This document shows positions 16,658 through 27,080 of a DNA stretch of 44,435 nt, piece by piece; position 1 is the first letter of the stretch; each line of letters begins with the position of its first letter. Made by a program: the position numbers and the translations under genes. The DNA lies in IMG/VR virus record IMGVR_UViG_3300021476_000009, positions 1 through 44,435 of that record; one strand, 5' to 3'. This DNA is from a virus (taxonomy: Duplodnaviria > Caudoviricetes). The notes under the pieces were generated by a model. That model saw only the letters and a list, made by a program, of their open reading frames with translations, did no database searches and had not been told where the DNA came from.

Positions 16658-18994
16658 CTACCTAATGTTGAGACTCATAGATTGCGGAAGCATTGTTGGA
16701 GATTTTCCTTTCTGACTGTAAGTTTGTTCACCCATTCCAAATATTACAGGAGCTAGCCCAGGGAGAAGCTCAGGATTCTCCTTGGCTAGTCCTATAGCAT
16801 CTTGAGCAACAATAGGGATGAACATCCTAGCGGCTTGGTCAGTAACATTAAAAGGTCTTGATTTCGATGCATTCAATAAATCATATGCAAATTTCACTGG
16901 TGTATTAAGTTTATTAGCAAAGAATTGCTCTGCTACATCCTTCCTAGTCGCTAATCCATACTTTGAGCCTAAATCATAAGTTTTCCCAGATACTGATGAC
17001 GTCTTCTGACCACTAATTAACTGATCCATAGCAACTAAGTATTGCTGGAACCCACCAGCAGGGTCGAGCCTAGTATCACCAATTTTGATCTTACCAAAGT
17101 CTGGATTAGACGGGTTCAGACTAACATCAGCACCAGAAGCTTTAGCTAACCCTGCAAATGTAGCCCAAGCGCCAGCCGTTGACAATCCAGCTTTTAAGTA
17201 CTGCTTCCTAACAAAAGGATCAGCCATGATGTAATTAGATGGATTAAGCATCTGCATGTTAGCGGCTATCTTACGTGGTGCGAAGAATATATTATTCAAT
17301 GCACCACTATACTTTTCCAGACTTCCTAAAGAGCCACGTCCAGTAGCATTGTTAACAAAATCAGCAATACTCTGTGCAAATGGTAAATCTTTCATAGGAT
17401 CATGACCAGTTGCTTTTGCATCATCTACTAATGAATTAAATGTATCAGATCTCAGTTTATTCAAATAACCAGTAAATGCACGACTAGACGCTTTGAATCC
17501 TGGTAAATCCCCAACCCATTTAGCTCCTAGAGCTTCCTCTCTCTTATTTAAAGAGTCAGTCATTCGTAGACCAGACATATCTGCAAATGATTTGCCAGTC
17601 TCTGGGTCTGGAGTGAAATTAGGATGGTCATAAATAGATTGCATTACAGCTTTGTATCCATCTTCACTTCCAAAGCTCTTAAACATATCTCCCCATGAAG
17701 TCCACCATTGAGGAGTTGTAATTAATGGTAGTCCTTGGCGAAATGGAGCTGAAAGATGCAAAGCTCCAATCTGCATTGCTCTTGGAGTATTCATAATTTC
17801 ACTGAATAAACTTGGAGCTTTATTAGGATTAGCAGCTACTGTATCTCTAAATGAATCCATCTGCTCTGGAGTAGCACCACTAGCCTGCAATCTAGCCGTA
17901 ACCGGGTTCGTTGATCTCTTATCAAGTAGTGCTTGTGTTCTAGGATCTATTTTAGGAGCATCAGTTATCTGTTGGAGTTGCTCTGGAGGAACTCCACTAG
18001 CTTGTAGCTTATCCTTAGTGGATTCAGGACCTTCCATGAAATCTTTAATTTTAATCATTTCATTACTAATCATACCAGCTTCCCTACTACCAGTAGGATA
18101 ATTTCTATATTCTTTAGCTAGAGTTGACAGCTCATTAAAAACTTCATTTGGAAATTCATTTGATGCTGTCAAAAACTTATTAAATCTAGCTTCTTGCTTA
18201 GACATACCCTCAATAGGCGTAATATAATCTGACTGGACAGGAGCTTCTGAAGTTGCTGTGGCTCTAGCTAGATCTCTCGGTAATGTAGGTAATTGAGTAG
18301 GAACTTTAGCAACTGGTCTTTCAGCAGAAGTCTCTAAAGTCCCAACTCCAGGCTGAGACATTCCAGCAACACCAGCAGCAATCTGAGCCAATCCAAGTGC
18401 TCTATCTGTCAAAGACGAACCTGGTGATAATACTTGTTTAGCACCTCCTAAAGCTACTGGAGCACTGGCAACTCTAGCTCCAATTCTCATAGCATTAGCC
18501 GCTGCGGGCATTGATTCTTCAGCCATTGAAGAACCACCAGTTAAAGCAGCAGCAATTATGTTAAGTGGAGAAGTTAGACTAGATGCTACATCACCAGCAC
18601 CTTGTGTAGCACCTGCTAATGCTCCTTGAATCCTAGCAAGCATAGGGCTTCTGCCAAGTGATGGGACATCAATCTTATTAGCAATCAGGTTAGCGGCTCT
18701 GCTTGGAGCATCAGTTAAAGGATCTGACATTGCATGCCAAATCTTAGATAACACTCCACTAGTATCTGATGTGTCAGGTTTAGTAACTGGAGTAGCCTCA
18801 GGAGTTCCTAAAATCTTAGCCGTAGGAGAAGATAGAGGTTTAGTAATAGTAGAAGATAGAGGTGCAGCGGCTAATTTCAGCTTAACTCCTTGCTGTTTAG
18901 CAATATCTTCAACTTCTTTGTCAGATGGAGGGGTATCACCTTCAAGATGAAGAGTTCCACCATTCTCTAACGCATAAGAGTACTTATCAGCCAT
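16658..18994 (-). CDS. Large internal virion (ejection) protein, putative
   Basis: 778 aa, Ala/Gly-rich, last gene of the late arm; the position typical for podovirus ejection proteins. Confidence 0.6.
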   Translation of the reverse strand: MADKYSYALENGGTLHLEGDTPPSDKEVEDIAKQQGVKLKLAAAPLSSTITKPLSSPTAKILGTPEATPVTKPDTSDTSGVLSKIWHAMSDPLTDAPSRAANLIANKIDVPSLGRSPMLARIQGALAGATQGAGDVASSLTSPLNIIAAALTGGSSMAEESMPAAANAMRIGARVASAPVALGGAKQVLSPGSSLTDRALGLAQIAAGVAGMSQPGVGTLETSAERPVAKVPTQLPTLPRDLARATATSEAPVQSDYITPIEGMSKQEARFNKFLTASNEFPNEVFNELSTLAKEYRNYPTGSREAGMISNEMIKIKDFMEGPESTKDKLQASGVPPEQLQQITDAPKIDPRTQALLDKRSTNPVTARLQASGATPEQMDSFRDTVAANPNKAPSLFSEIMNTPRAMQIGALHLSAPFRQGLPLITTPQWWTSWGDMFKSFGSEDGYKAVMQSIYDHPNFTPDPETGKSFADMSGLRMTDSLNKREEALGAKWVGDLPGFKASSRAFTGYLNKLRSDTFNSLVDDAKATGHDPMKDLPFAQSIADFVNNATGRGSLGSLEKYSGALNNIFFAPRKIAANMQMLNPSNYIMADPFVRKQYLKAGLSTAGAWATFAGLAKASGADVSLNPSNPDFGKIKIGDTRLDPAGGFQQYLVAMDQLISGQKTSSVSGKTYDLGSKYGLATRKDVAEQFFANKLNTPVKFAYDLLNASKSRPFNVTDQAARMFIPIVAQDAIGLAKENPELLPGLAPVIFGMGEQTYSQKGKSPTMLPQSMSLNIR

Positions 18995-18997
18995 ATA

Positions 18998-20059
18998 CTA
19001 CTGAGAAGTTGAATCAGATGAATCTGGAGTTGAATCTGTCGTTGAATCTGGTGTAGTATCTGTTGTTGGAGCTGGAGTTACTGTGACAGCATATTTAGAT
19101 TTCGGCTTTGTCAGAGTAGTAGTATCAGTAGTATCTTGCGATCCATAAATAGCATTGTTAATTCTATGATATTGATCAGAAGTAGGTCCGGAATGGCCAA
19201 AGATTCCTTCAGCAGGAGGAGTAATCGTGAAATTTCCTCCTTGGTCAATATTAACAAATGGTCCAAGCTCAGAATCAGTATTTTTAATCTGGCGAGCCTT
19301 ATTCATTTGGTCTCTATTAATCTGACTTGGCAACGTTGGTTGTGCAGTTGGAGATTGTTTTGTCTGTCTTGCCTCTGCTCCTCTAGCCGCAGCTACATCT
19401 TCTTCTCCTTTAGTTCTAGCAGCAATATTAGCTTGCTGTGTCTTTCCTCTAGCAGTGATTTCATCAAGTCTCTGACCACCAGTAATATTTAGCTTCTCTT
19501 CATCAGATACTGTTCCAGTGCTAATACCAGTATCCATTGATTTACCAGTGATGGGATCTACAGCATAAAAATTACCACCCTTATCACTGACTATTTTCAT
19601 ATTGGGATGAGTAGCTTTAAACTGATAGATATTAGCTCTCTGCTGGCTGACGCCCTCCTGAGATGATTTAATGTCAGTCTGCTTCTGCTTAATACCTATG
19701 TTAGCAATATCAGTTGTTTGTTTTTCACCAAGTTTCTGCTTTTCTAAATTCAATTTAGCAATATCTAATGGAGAGATAGCCGATGGAGCCATCTGAACGT
19801 TCTGCGGCTGTGTAGGCTCCATAATATTACTAGCCATGCTTCTGGCGATATCTTGTAATCTTTGACTTCTATCTTGAGCCCTTAAATTATCCTCTCTTTG
19901 CCACTCAGCGTTACGATTCTGAATAGCAGGACCCATTGCCAGATTCATAATTCTAGCAATTGCATCGAAGTTTGGAGATGCATCTATTGGAGGACCAAAA
20001 GTCCCACCTCCAGATGGGTAAATATTATTCATTCTAAGAGAGTCAACAAATGAAGGCAT
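18998..20059 (-). CDS. Internal virion (ejection) protein, putative
   Basis: Q/T-rich helical protein with a T/D/S low-complexity tail; synteny. Confidence 0.55.
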   Translation of the reverse strand: MPSFVDSLRMNNIYPSGGGTFGPPIDASPNFDAIARIMNLAMGPAIQNRNAEWQREDNLRAQDRSQRLQDIARSMASNIMEPTQPQNVQMAPSAISPLDIAKLNLEKQKLGEKQTTDIANIGIKQKQTDIKSSQEGVSQQRANIYQFKATHPNMKIVSDKGGNFYAVDPITGKSMDTGISTGTVSDEEKLNITGGQRLDEITARGKTQQANIAARTKGEEDVAAARGAEARQTKQSPTAQPTLPSQINRDQMNKARQIKNTDSELGPFVNIDQGGNFTITPPAEGIFGHSGPTSDQYHRINNAIYGSQDTTDTTTLTKPKSKYAVTVTPAPTTDTTPDSTTDSTPDSSDSTSQ

Positions 20060-21018
20060 TATCTCATCCCCATTGCAATACGAGCAAGGTTACTCCCGGC
20101 CGCTATCTGATCATTAGTAGCATTCTGCACTAATCCAGCCGTTCGCATAGCCTGATCTCCAAACAGAGAAGCTAATGCTGGAGTAGTTCCATATAAGGAT
20201 CTTAAACCCTCAAGAGATTGAATTCTACTTCCTAGATTTTGCCGATCTATATCCTGAAGATTTTGTACATTCCACATCTGTCCTTGATTAGCAGTATTAA
20301 CAGCCTGAGCACCATACTGATTTTGAAGAGCTTGTTCACCAGCTGTTGTAGATGCCAATTCTGGTGCAATAGCAAGTTTATTCTGTGCAATCATCTGAGC
20401 TAATTGAGCATTGACATTCTGTGTAGCATCAGAAATCTGCTGAGACTCATCTCTTGCCATTTTAGCCGTAGCAGCGGCATAATTAGGAGAGTAACCACCT
20501 TGCAGTGCCCTATTCCTATTCAGATTTGCTTGTGCTCTGGCATAGATAGCACGAATAGGGCTAATCCCACGTGCTCTCATGTCAGCAATATCTTGAGTTG
20601 AGTATCCACCAGTCTGAGCCAGACCTTGCAGGTTGCTAACGGCTCCTCTATAGTCTGGAGTCTGGCTAAACTGATACGTCTGTGGAGTGTATGTTCTAGG
20701 AGTAATATTTGTAGCACCTAGATTACTATAACCTTGTTGAATCTGGTCGTATAGGCTAGCATTTTGACCAACACCAACATCATACAGCTTATACTGATTA
20801 GTTAATGCTTGTGATGGACTTACAGGCGTCATATCAGAAGTTGGTGGAGGACCAAAGTTATTAGGAATCCCTCTCCCAGCTCCCATTCCTGGTAAATAAG
20901 AACCAGCACCGTAACCAGGAGAACCTGTATTTAGTCCTGGAAAGCCTGTATTTGCAGAAGAACCGTAACCAGGACCCATACTTAATCCGGGAAATGAACC
21001 AATCACCCCTGCTGCCAT
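20059..21018 (-). CDS. Internal virion (DNA transfer) protein, putative
   Basis: G/Q/N/A-rich, with N-terminal PG repeats; synteny. Confidence 0.55.
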   Translation of the reverse strand: MAAGVIGSFPGLSMGPGYGSSANTGFPGLNTGSPGYGAGSYLPGMGAGRGIPNNFGPPPTSDMTPVSPSQALTNQYKLYDVGVGQNASLYDQIQQGYSNLGATNITPRTYTPQTYQFSQTPDYRGAVSNLQGLAQTGGYSTQDIADMRARGISPIRAIYARAQANLNRNRALQGGYSPNYAAATAKMARDESQQISDATQNVNAQLAQMIAQNKLAIAPELASTTAGEQALQNQYGAQAVNTANQGQMWNVQNLQDIDRQNLGSRIQSLEGLRSLYGTTPALASLFGDQAMRTAGLVQNATNDQIAAGSNLARIAMGMR

Positions 21019-21019
21019 A

Positions 21020-21406
21020 TTAGCCTTTCAGCTCAAAATGACCCATATCTTTTTGCTGCCAGCGGCCACCCCATGTCAAATCTAAGTCTTCACCGATTAA
21101 ACCTATACTCTGCCAGATAGGATCACTAGAATCCCATTGTAATTTATCATCACCATGTTCCATATATTGATAGTATGGGCAAATATCAATTGCAAGTCCA
21201 TCTTGATGCTTTGAATGCACAACCCAACTATGTCCAGAAGCTATATCCTCCTGGTGTTGTTCTTCGGTGCGTAGAGTCTCAATAATCATTATAGGGATAT
21301 TGGACTCTACACACCTAGCTAATAATTCAAATGCTTTAGATTTGAATGGTTCCTTTAAATCATCTAACTTACGATCACGCGACTCCAATTTCCCCTTCTC
21401 CTTCAA
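21020..21406 (-). CDS. Endolysin, peptidase M15 (L-Ala-D-Glu endopeptidase-like)
   Basis: ETLRT.E.H, SKH..GLAID, WGG.W...D.GHFE. Confidence 0.9.
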   Translation of the reverse strand: MKEKGKLESRDRKLDDLKEPFKSKAFELLARCVESNIPIMIIETLRTEEQHQEDIASGHSWVVHSKHQDGLAIDICPYYQYMEHGDDKLQWDSSDPIWQSIGLIGEDLDLTWGGRWQQKDMGHFELKG

Positions 21407-21746
21407 AGCTTAGGGAGGTATTAGCAGAGGCACCACCAACTAAGTAGTCAGCCACGTCAAATCTTAATTGACCGTACCAGTCAATGTAGCTGTTAGCAGA
21501 TACTGATAGGCCCTGTCCAATAACTTCAGTACCAGCAGCATTAGCACCAGTGGCACCAAGCCAGAAGCTGCAGGTAACAGCACCAGAAGTCTTATTGACA
21601 ATACGAATATGCTTTAGTACGATATATAAGTTTCCAGAACCACCACCATTAGTTCCACCTGTAGTAGTTCCAGGATTAACTAGATTGGTTGTTAAAGTAT
21701 TTGTAAGTGCAATCGGTCCGGTCCTGAAAATCTTGTTTTGAGCCAA
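21375..21746 (-). CDS. Small beta-rich virion protein
   Basis: GGAGGAG SD with a TTG start; T/G/N-rich beta-sandwich-like sequence. Confidence 0.65.
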   Translation of the reverse strand: MAQNKIFRTGPIALTNTLTTNLVNPGTTTGGTNGGGSGNLYIVLKHIRIVNKTSGAVTCSFWLGATGANAAGTEVIGQGLSVSANSYIDWYGQLRFDVADYLVGGASANTSLSFEGEGEIGVA

Positions 21747-21757
21747 ATCTTCTCCTC

Positions 21758-22609
21758 CTAACGTCCCAAGACGTAAATTGTTCCGCCAGTATAATTTCCG
21801 GCACCACTATTCAAGAACATAAAGGCATTAATCGTAGTAACTGTCTGATTGATATATTGAAAGTGTATAGAATCAACTGAGAAGAAATTCCCATGCACCT
21901 GCTTTGGAGCTGCTATCCTTAGACCTTGAATCTGCAGAAAACCAGTGCGAGCAGTTGTATTATTAGCACCCCATACTAGTAAAGCTGTCTTGTTGCTTTC
22001 AACTCCGGCTCCATTAACACCAATATAATGCCCACTAGTATTGTCAAACGTGCTACCGTTATCTACTGAAAATCGAACCTCGGCATCAGCAGTAGAACCA
22101 AAAGTGATCCCAACGAATAGTAGAAGAAAATCATTATATTGGCCTAAATTAGTTAAATTAACACTAGCATTGCCACTAGGTAATAAAGTAGCAACTAACT
22201 GCCAGCCGCTAAACCCTGATGTGCCACCTTGAGTAATAACACCAGGAAACCCTTGTTCTCCATCCAATCCATCCTCTAGCCATACTGGATTTCCAGGAGC
22301 ACCAGGAGGACCAGTAGCACCAGCAGAGCCAGCAGAACCTGTAGGACCAGTAACTCCTTGAGGTCCAGGCATAGCTAATATTAGTGCTTCACCATCCTCT
22401 CCGTCTACTGCAGATCCCGGAGGACCAGTTGGACCTTGAGCACCAGTTGGACCTTGAGGACCAGTTAATGCATAGACAGTTCCAGTCGAATCTTTATAAG
22501 CTGGTGCCCCGGTAGCAGTATTCATAAACAGAGTATCCTTACCAACATCTGGCGTTGGGATATCTGTTGCTGCCGCTTGCTTTAGAACAATTCCACTTCC
22601 ATTGGACAT
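21758..22609 (-). CDS. Collagen-like fibre protein
   Basis: G-X-Y triplet blocks; paralog of 22618-23451. Confidence 0.8.
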   Translation of the reverse strand: MSNGSGIVLKQAAATDIPTPDVGKDTLFMNTATGAPAYKDSTGTVYALTGPQGPTGAQGPTGPPGSAVDGEDGEALILAMPGPQGVTGPTGSAGSAGATGPPGAPGNPVWLEDGLDGEQGFPGVITQGGTSGFSGWQLVATLLPSGNASVNLTNLGQYNDFLLLFVGITFGSTADAEVRFSVDNGSTFDNTSGHYIGVNGAGVESNKTALLVWGANNTTARTGFLQIQGLRIAAPKQVHGNFFSVDSIHFQYINQTVTTINAFMFLNSGAGNYTGGTIYVLGR

Positions 22610-22617
22610 CGCATATC

Positions 22618-23451
22618 CTATCTGACTAGGACATATAGAGTACCGCCACTAAAGTTACCGATTCCACTATTACCGACTCTAATAGCATTTATATCAGCAG
22701 CAGTGTGATCCATATATTGGAAGTGAGTTCCATCAGTGCTGTAAAATGTTAGATGACAATGTTTTATTGTAACTAGTCTCAATCCCTGAATCTCGACAAA
22801 CTGACTTCTAGCCGTCGTTGCGCCAGCATTCCATCCAAAAATTCCTTGTGAGACAACAGTAGTCCCATTACCAGGAACTTGTTGGTAGTTTGTAGTATTA
22901 AAAGTACCACCATTATCAACTGAGAATCTAACTCTAAGGTCTGCAGATGCAGAAAAGGTAATACCAATAAGCATAAGTAACATATCATTGACATTTCCTA
23001 AATTAGTGTAATCTCTTGAAGCCTGCCCACTAAACGTAAACGTATCAAGTAATGTCCAACCTGCAAATCCATTAGAAGGAGGAGTAGTTAAAAATGCTGG
23101 AGGTCCAATTAATCCATCATCTCCGTCTTCTGGATATATAAGTGGAGCACCACCTGATGGTCCCGTTCCACCAGAAATTCCACTAGCTCCAGTAGCACCA
23201 GGATTACCAGCTGGGCCGGGAACTGAATAGAATATATCTATCTCTTCTCCATCTTCTCCAATTCCAAACACACCAGAGAACCCAGGAGGCCCTGTTAGCC
23301 CAGTAGGACCAGTTAAATTGTAGATAACTCCATTTGCATCTTCATACTTAGGATTACCATCTAAGCTGTCAAAGAATATCCTATCTTGGCCAGCTCCTGG
23401 CGTAGGAGAGTTAGCCTGGGACGTTTGTTTAAGAATAATTGATGGAGGCAT
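22618..23451 (-). CDS. Collagen-like fibre protein
   Basis: G-X-Y blocks; shares VRFSVDNG, TTAR and IQGLR with 21758-22609. Confidence 0.8.
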   Translation of the reverse strand: MPPSIILKQTSQANSPTPGAGQDRIFFDSLDGNPKYEDANGVIYNLTGPTGLTGPPGFSGVFGIGEDGEEIDIFYSVPGPAGNPGATGASGISGGTGPSGGAPLIYPEDGDDGLIGPPAFLTTPPSNGFAGWTLLDTFTFSGQASRDYTNLGNVNDMLLMLIGITFSASADLRVRFSVDNGGTFNTTNYQQVPGNGTTVVSQGIFGWNAGATTARSQFVEIQGLRLVTIKHCHLTFYSTDGTHFQYMDHTAADINAIRVGNSGIGNFSGGTLYVLVR

Positions 23452-23933
23452 TAGACTGCAATCAAAAACCCATCAACTTCTAATGTTCCTTCACTATCAA
23501 TCGCAATCTCATAAAATGCTTGTTTATATAATGGAACTACGAAGGTATCATTAATCCCGATGAATGTCGGTGTCATATCATTCATTGCAAACTGGGATGG
23601 AGAATAAGCAACCATAAAATCTCCATCCCCTTCAGAACTCTCTCCTGGAGGACCTATAACTCCAGCAACTCCTTGCGGTCCTGTAGCACCAGTAACTCCT
23701 TGAGGGCCAGGAATAGTTTCTCCATCTCCATCTGAATCTCCTAAACTAAATCCTGGAGGACCTGGTGGACCCTGTGGTCCTACAGCACCAGTGACTGATG
23801 TAGTAGTTTTAGCTAATTTTGCAGTATCATTTAACCCATCAATCAGGTAGAGAAAAACCTGATACGTAGGATTATCTTTTTGTTGTAATCCAGTATTTAA
23901 TAGTAATGTTTTTATCTTAGTAATATCTATCAT
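23451..23933 (-). CDS. Collagen-like virion protein
   Basis: GPQGPPGPPG and GPQGVTGATGPQG repeats. Confidence 0.75.
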   Translation of the reverse strand: MIDITKIKTLLLNTGLQQKDNPTYQVFLYLIDGLNDTAKLAKTTTSVTGAVGPQGPPGPPGFSLGDSDGDGETIPGPQGVTGATGPQGVAGVIGPPGESSEGDGDFMVAYSPSQFAMNDMTPTFIGINDTFVVPLYKQAFYEIAIDSEGTLEVDGFLIAV

Positions 23934-24229
23934 TGTGGATATCCAGTTGATACTGGTCGGATATATATCACAACCCTAGTAATAAAAAAGTTATCATCAA
24001 GATTAGTTGTCTTAAGCTCTAAGAATCCCCTTTGCGATATAAAATGAGATAAATTTAATGGCTCTCGATCAGTCGGATTAGACATTAGAATATTAGCAAG
24101 CTGAGCTGAACTTACCTCAGTTAATGAATTGAAAATCACTTGAAGATTACCGGAGCCAACGACACGTATGCGAACGGCTCCGAAATGAATTAATTCTCCA
24201 GAGAATGAAGGAGATGAACTTCTAGCCAC
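23930..24229 (-). CDS. Tail protein, possibly a C-terminal piece of the nozzle
   Basis: Beta-rich HFGAVRIRVVGSG...FFITRVVIY; its GTG start overlaps the upstream stop. Confidence 0.55.
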   Translation of the reverse strand: MARSSSPSFSGELIHFGAVRIRVVGSGNLQVIFNSLTEVSSAQLANILMSNPTDREPLNLSHFISQRGFLELKTTNLDDNFFITRVVIYIRPVSTGYPQ

Positions 24230-25151
24230 CTATATATCCAAACTTCACAAATGGATCTGGAATGTTTACATTTGTTGTAGACTGATGAACTCTATCATAT
24301 AACACATCATGTGTTTGTCCAGGAGTCAGAACATATACTCCACTTGCATCTGTCACAAATACTATCGCTGCAGCGCCTGTCATTTCCATTCCTCCGCTAC
24401 CAGTAACATTAATATCTGGAATCTGAGAACCATATGTTACTGTCTGAGTATTGGAGAATCCTGACTTTGTTGAGTCAGAGTACCGATACGCCTGTGCTTC
24501 GATTGTATAACTTCCAGAAGCGTTAAAAATAGTATCAGCATAAATATAATGAGTCGTTCCACTTTGCCATGGAATACTACCTACTACCTTATTGTTTATG
24601 GAAATAGCAAATCCAGTAGGATTCTCACCATCATGATTATCATAATTAAATGAGTATTGAAGAGTAGCATCACCCGTCAGCGGATTATAATTATTACTAT
24701 CTATATTAAATGTATCAGGACTTTGATTTAACGTCTGATTATAAGAAGTAATATCTGTAATGCTACCTGTAATAGTGAAATCTACAGTAACTCCGGGAGT
24801 ATTAAGTGGAATATTTAGAAATGCAACGCATGAAGCCTGCCAGAAACCATTAGTTGCGGTAATAAGACTTGGGCCAACAAAATTTATGTCATCTCCATTA
24901 TTACTCCACGTTGGAAACCCATTGCTTATGTTACCGAGATTATCAGTCCCACTATTAAATAAGTCTCCAGGATATGAATTTAGTACAATAAATACATCAT
25001 CAGGAGTCAATCCATGTGCTACGCAGCTATATGAAAAAGAAACAGGACCAGGGCCTCCCCTATCAGTCCCGGAATCTGGCATTGATGAGATTAGAACGCC
25101 ATTCTGGGCTGCTGTGAGACTTAAGCCTGTAACTTGCTTGAAGAAACTCAT
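24222..25151 (-). CDS. Virion protein with Ig/FN3-like beta domains
   Basis: T/S/N/G-rich; Y...A.AY....S..SN is an FN3-like ending. Confidence 0.6.
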   Translation of the reverse strand: MSFFKQVTGLSLTAAQNGVLISSMPDSGTDRGGPGPVSFSYSCVAHGLTPDDVFIVLNSYPGDLFNSGTDNLGNISNGFPTWSNNGDDINFVGPSLITATNGFWQASCVAFLNIPLNTPGVTVDFTITGSITDITSYNQTLNQSPDTFNIDSNNYNPLTGDATLQYSFNYDNHDGENPTGFAISINNKVVGSIPWQSGTTHYIYADTIFNASGSYTIEAQAYRYSDSTKSGFSNTQTVTYGSQIPDINVTGSGGMEMTGAAAIVFVTDASGVYVLTPGQTHDVLYDRVHQSTTNVNIPDPFVKFGYIGG

Positions 25152-25543
25152 TATGAAGTCACTGTAAGTGTCGGGGTGATTCTAATTAATGAGCCACCAG
25201 TCGGACTAAATGGTAAAACTCCTGATGGAAATCTTTCAGCAAGAATTAAGTTTCCTGAGTTGTCTTGGATGTAATATCCATATACAGTACCAGGAGCGTT
25301 AGTAGTACCACTAAAATGAAAGTCTTGGAATACATACGTTGCAACTCCGCTAACAATAACCCACTGGGCATGGAGTAGAGGTTGTGCAGCATATCCACCT
25401 CCAGCTACTTCGGTGATACTCCCTATTACCATTGAACCAGATGGAGTAAAGTTATTACTATACAATCTAAGATTCATATCTATTGTGCCAAGCATATCAG
25501 TTAGGACAATAGCTTTTTGCGTATCAGGAACAATAAGAGTCAT
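25151..25543 (-). CDS. Tail-associated structural protein
   Basis: LRLY.N..TP...TE..GGGY...F.F...TVYGYY, a motif seen in phage virion proteins. Confidence 0.65.
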   Translation of the reverse strand: MTLIVPDTQKAIVLTDMLGTIDMNLRLYSNNFTPSGSMVIGSITEVAGGGYAAQPLLHAQWVIVSGVATYVFQDFHFSGTTNAPGTVYGYYIQDNSGNLILAERFPSGVLPFSPTGGSLIRITPTLTVTS

Positions 25544-27072
25544 ACGCCTATATCCGCTCCAATAATGATATCACTGATGTTAGCAATTGCTACAGTATTA
25601 GCACCCATCAAGAATGACCACGGGGACCATCTAATATTTTTAGGATCCATCCCATTAGAATAATTACCAACAAGTACTCTACGATCAGGGAGAACCACAT
25701 ACATCTCCTTAGCTAGGGGAGAATTAACAATTTGAATATATCTGAAATTGTTTTTATCCTGCCCCTTCCAAAAGTTTTCGATTTTCCAGCTAATCTCTGG
25801 TGTTATATATCTTCCATTAAAAAGTGAAATCCCTTGATATGTACAAATAATTAGAAAATCAACCATAGACGAGCCGCTGTCGATTACTGTTGCTATCCCA
25901 TGAACAGAAGAACCAAGAGCATTGTCAACAACAACTAAAGGCCAAGATGATGGAACATCTCCATTATCTACATACGATACTGTTCGTGCTCTTTTAGTTA
26001 CATAAAGAATATCACGAAGCTCTTGAGCGTTAGTAATTGAATTACCATCTAATGGAACAATAATTAGACCATCTACCTGACTTATTGTTTCTATATCACC
26101 AGGATTTGAGACAAGCATAAGACTAATGTTAGCGTAGGTAGCACCGAGGCATAGCCTATTATGATATAACGTGAGAGTGGCTCCTGCCGGTATACTTGTA
26201 TAAAGATCATATAGATATGTTGCATCATCAAGTAAGTCAGCATCATAAAATGAAATATTTGCAAGTGTAGTTGTGGTATTATCATTAATAACACCACCAG
26301 GTAGAAAGAATACATCGTATTCTGTTGGAATCCCACTATAGTTTATAATTGTCTTTGACACTACAATTTGCCGTGCAACTGTGCCTGTTGGACCAAGTGG
26401 AATAGTACTAAATGAAACAGAAAATGTTGGTGATGTAGTAAACGAATTAAGTGCTCCTGGTGGGGTTAAGAAACCAGAATCTGTCTGAAATACAACCCCG
26501 AATACATGAAGACCCTGATCTGTATGCCCAGCGGCTCCATTTGCAATAGTTAACGAACCGCCAGGAGCATTACCAGCAGCTAAACGAGCCGCTGTGCCAT
26601 CACCGGCGTACGTATATAGAAAGTTATTTTGTAATCCTCTCTCCTGATTTAATGTCCCAGACAAACTTGTAATTGTATACGATGTGAATGGACTAATAAA
26701 TGCTCTACCATTATACGGAACAAACGCAAAGTCTGTCATTCCAGCAATAGTAAGAATTGGCCCAAATACTGTAGTTGCATTTACTATATGATATATCTGC
26801 CCATTGCCGCTATTAACAGCTAATACGATAAGAGTATTACCAGTCGGAGTTGGATAGTTGTAAATCCTTTTAATGTTAGAAATTGGAACATTTACTGTTT
26901 GAGATACTCCAATCCCATCTCGTGTTGCAAAGCCGCTAGTCCCAACAAACTTAACATTTACACAATCTTGGAAATGATCCAGAGGAGTATTATCTTTATC
27001 TCCCCTATCCCATAATCCACCGAATTTATCGATGATTACAGGTTCGTGATCTCTTAGTATTAGGTCTGGCAT
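25540..27072 (-). CDS. Tail nozzle/hub (P22 gp10/T7 gp12-like), putative
   Basis: FGGL...NV.F...G..TR.G N-terminus, beta-propeller-like body, WSPW near the end; follows the adaptor gene. Confidence 0.65.
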   Translation of the reverse strand: MPDLILRDHEPVIIDKFGGLWDRGDKDNTPLDHFQDCVNVKFVGTSGFATRDGIGVSQTVNVPISNIKRIYNYPTPTGNTLIVLAVNSGNGQIYHIVNATTVFGPILTIAGMTDFAFVPYNGRAFISPFTSYTITSLSGTLNQERGLQNNFLYTYAGDGTAARLAAGNAPGGSLTIANGAAGHTDQGLHVFGVVFQTDSGFLTPPGALNSFTTSPTFSVSFSTIPLGPTGTVARQIVVSKTIINYSGIPTEYDVFFLPGGVINDNTTTTLANISFYDADLLDDATYLYDLYTSIPAGATLTLYHNRLCLGATYANISLMLVSNPGDIETISQVDGLIIVPLDGNSITNAQELRDILYVTKRARTVSYVDNGDVPSSWPLVVVDNALGSSVHGIATVIDSGSSMVDFLIICTYQGISLFNGRYITPEISWKIENFWKGQDKNNFRYIQIVNSPLAKEMYVVLPDRRVLVGNYSNGMDPKNIRWSPWSFLMGANTVAIANISDIIIGADIGV

Positions 27073-27080
27073 TGTAATAA

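Noticed and set aside
21758-23451. Diversity-generating retroelement acting on the paralogous fibre tips
   Set aside because: No reverse transcriptase, and no near-identical template/variable repeat pair with adenine-specific differences.
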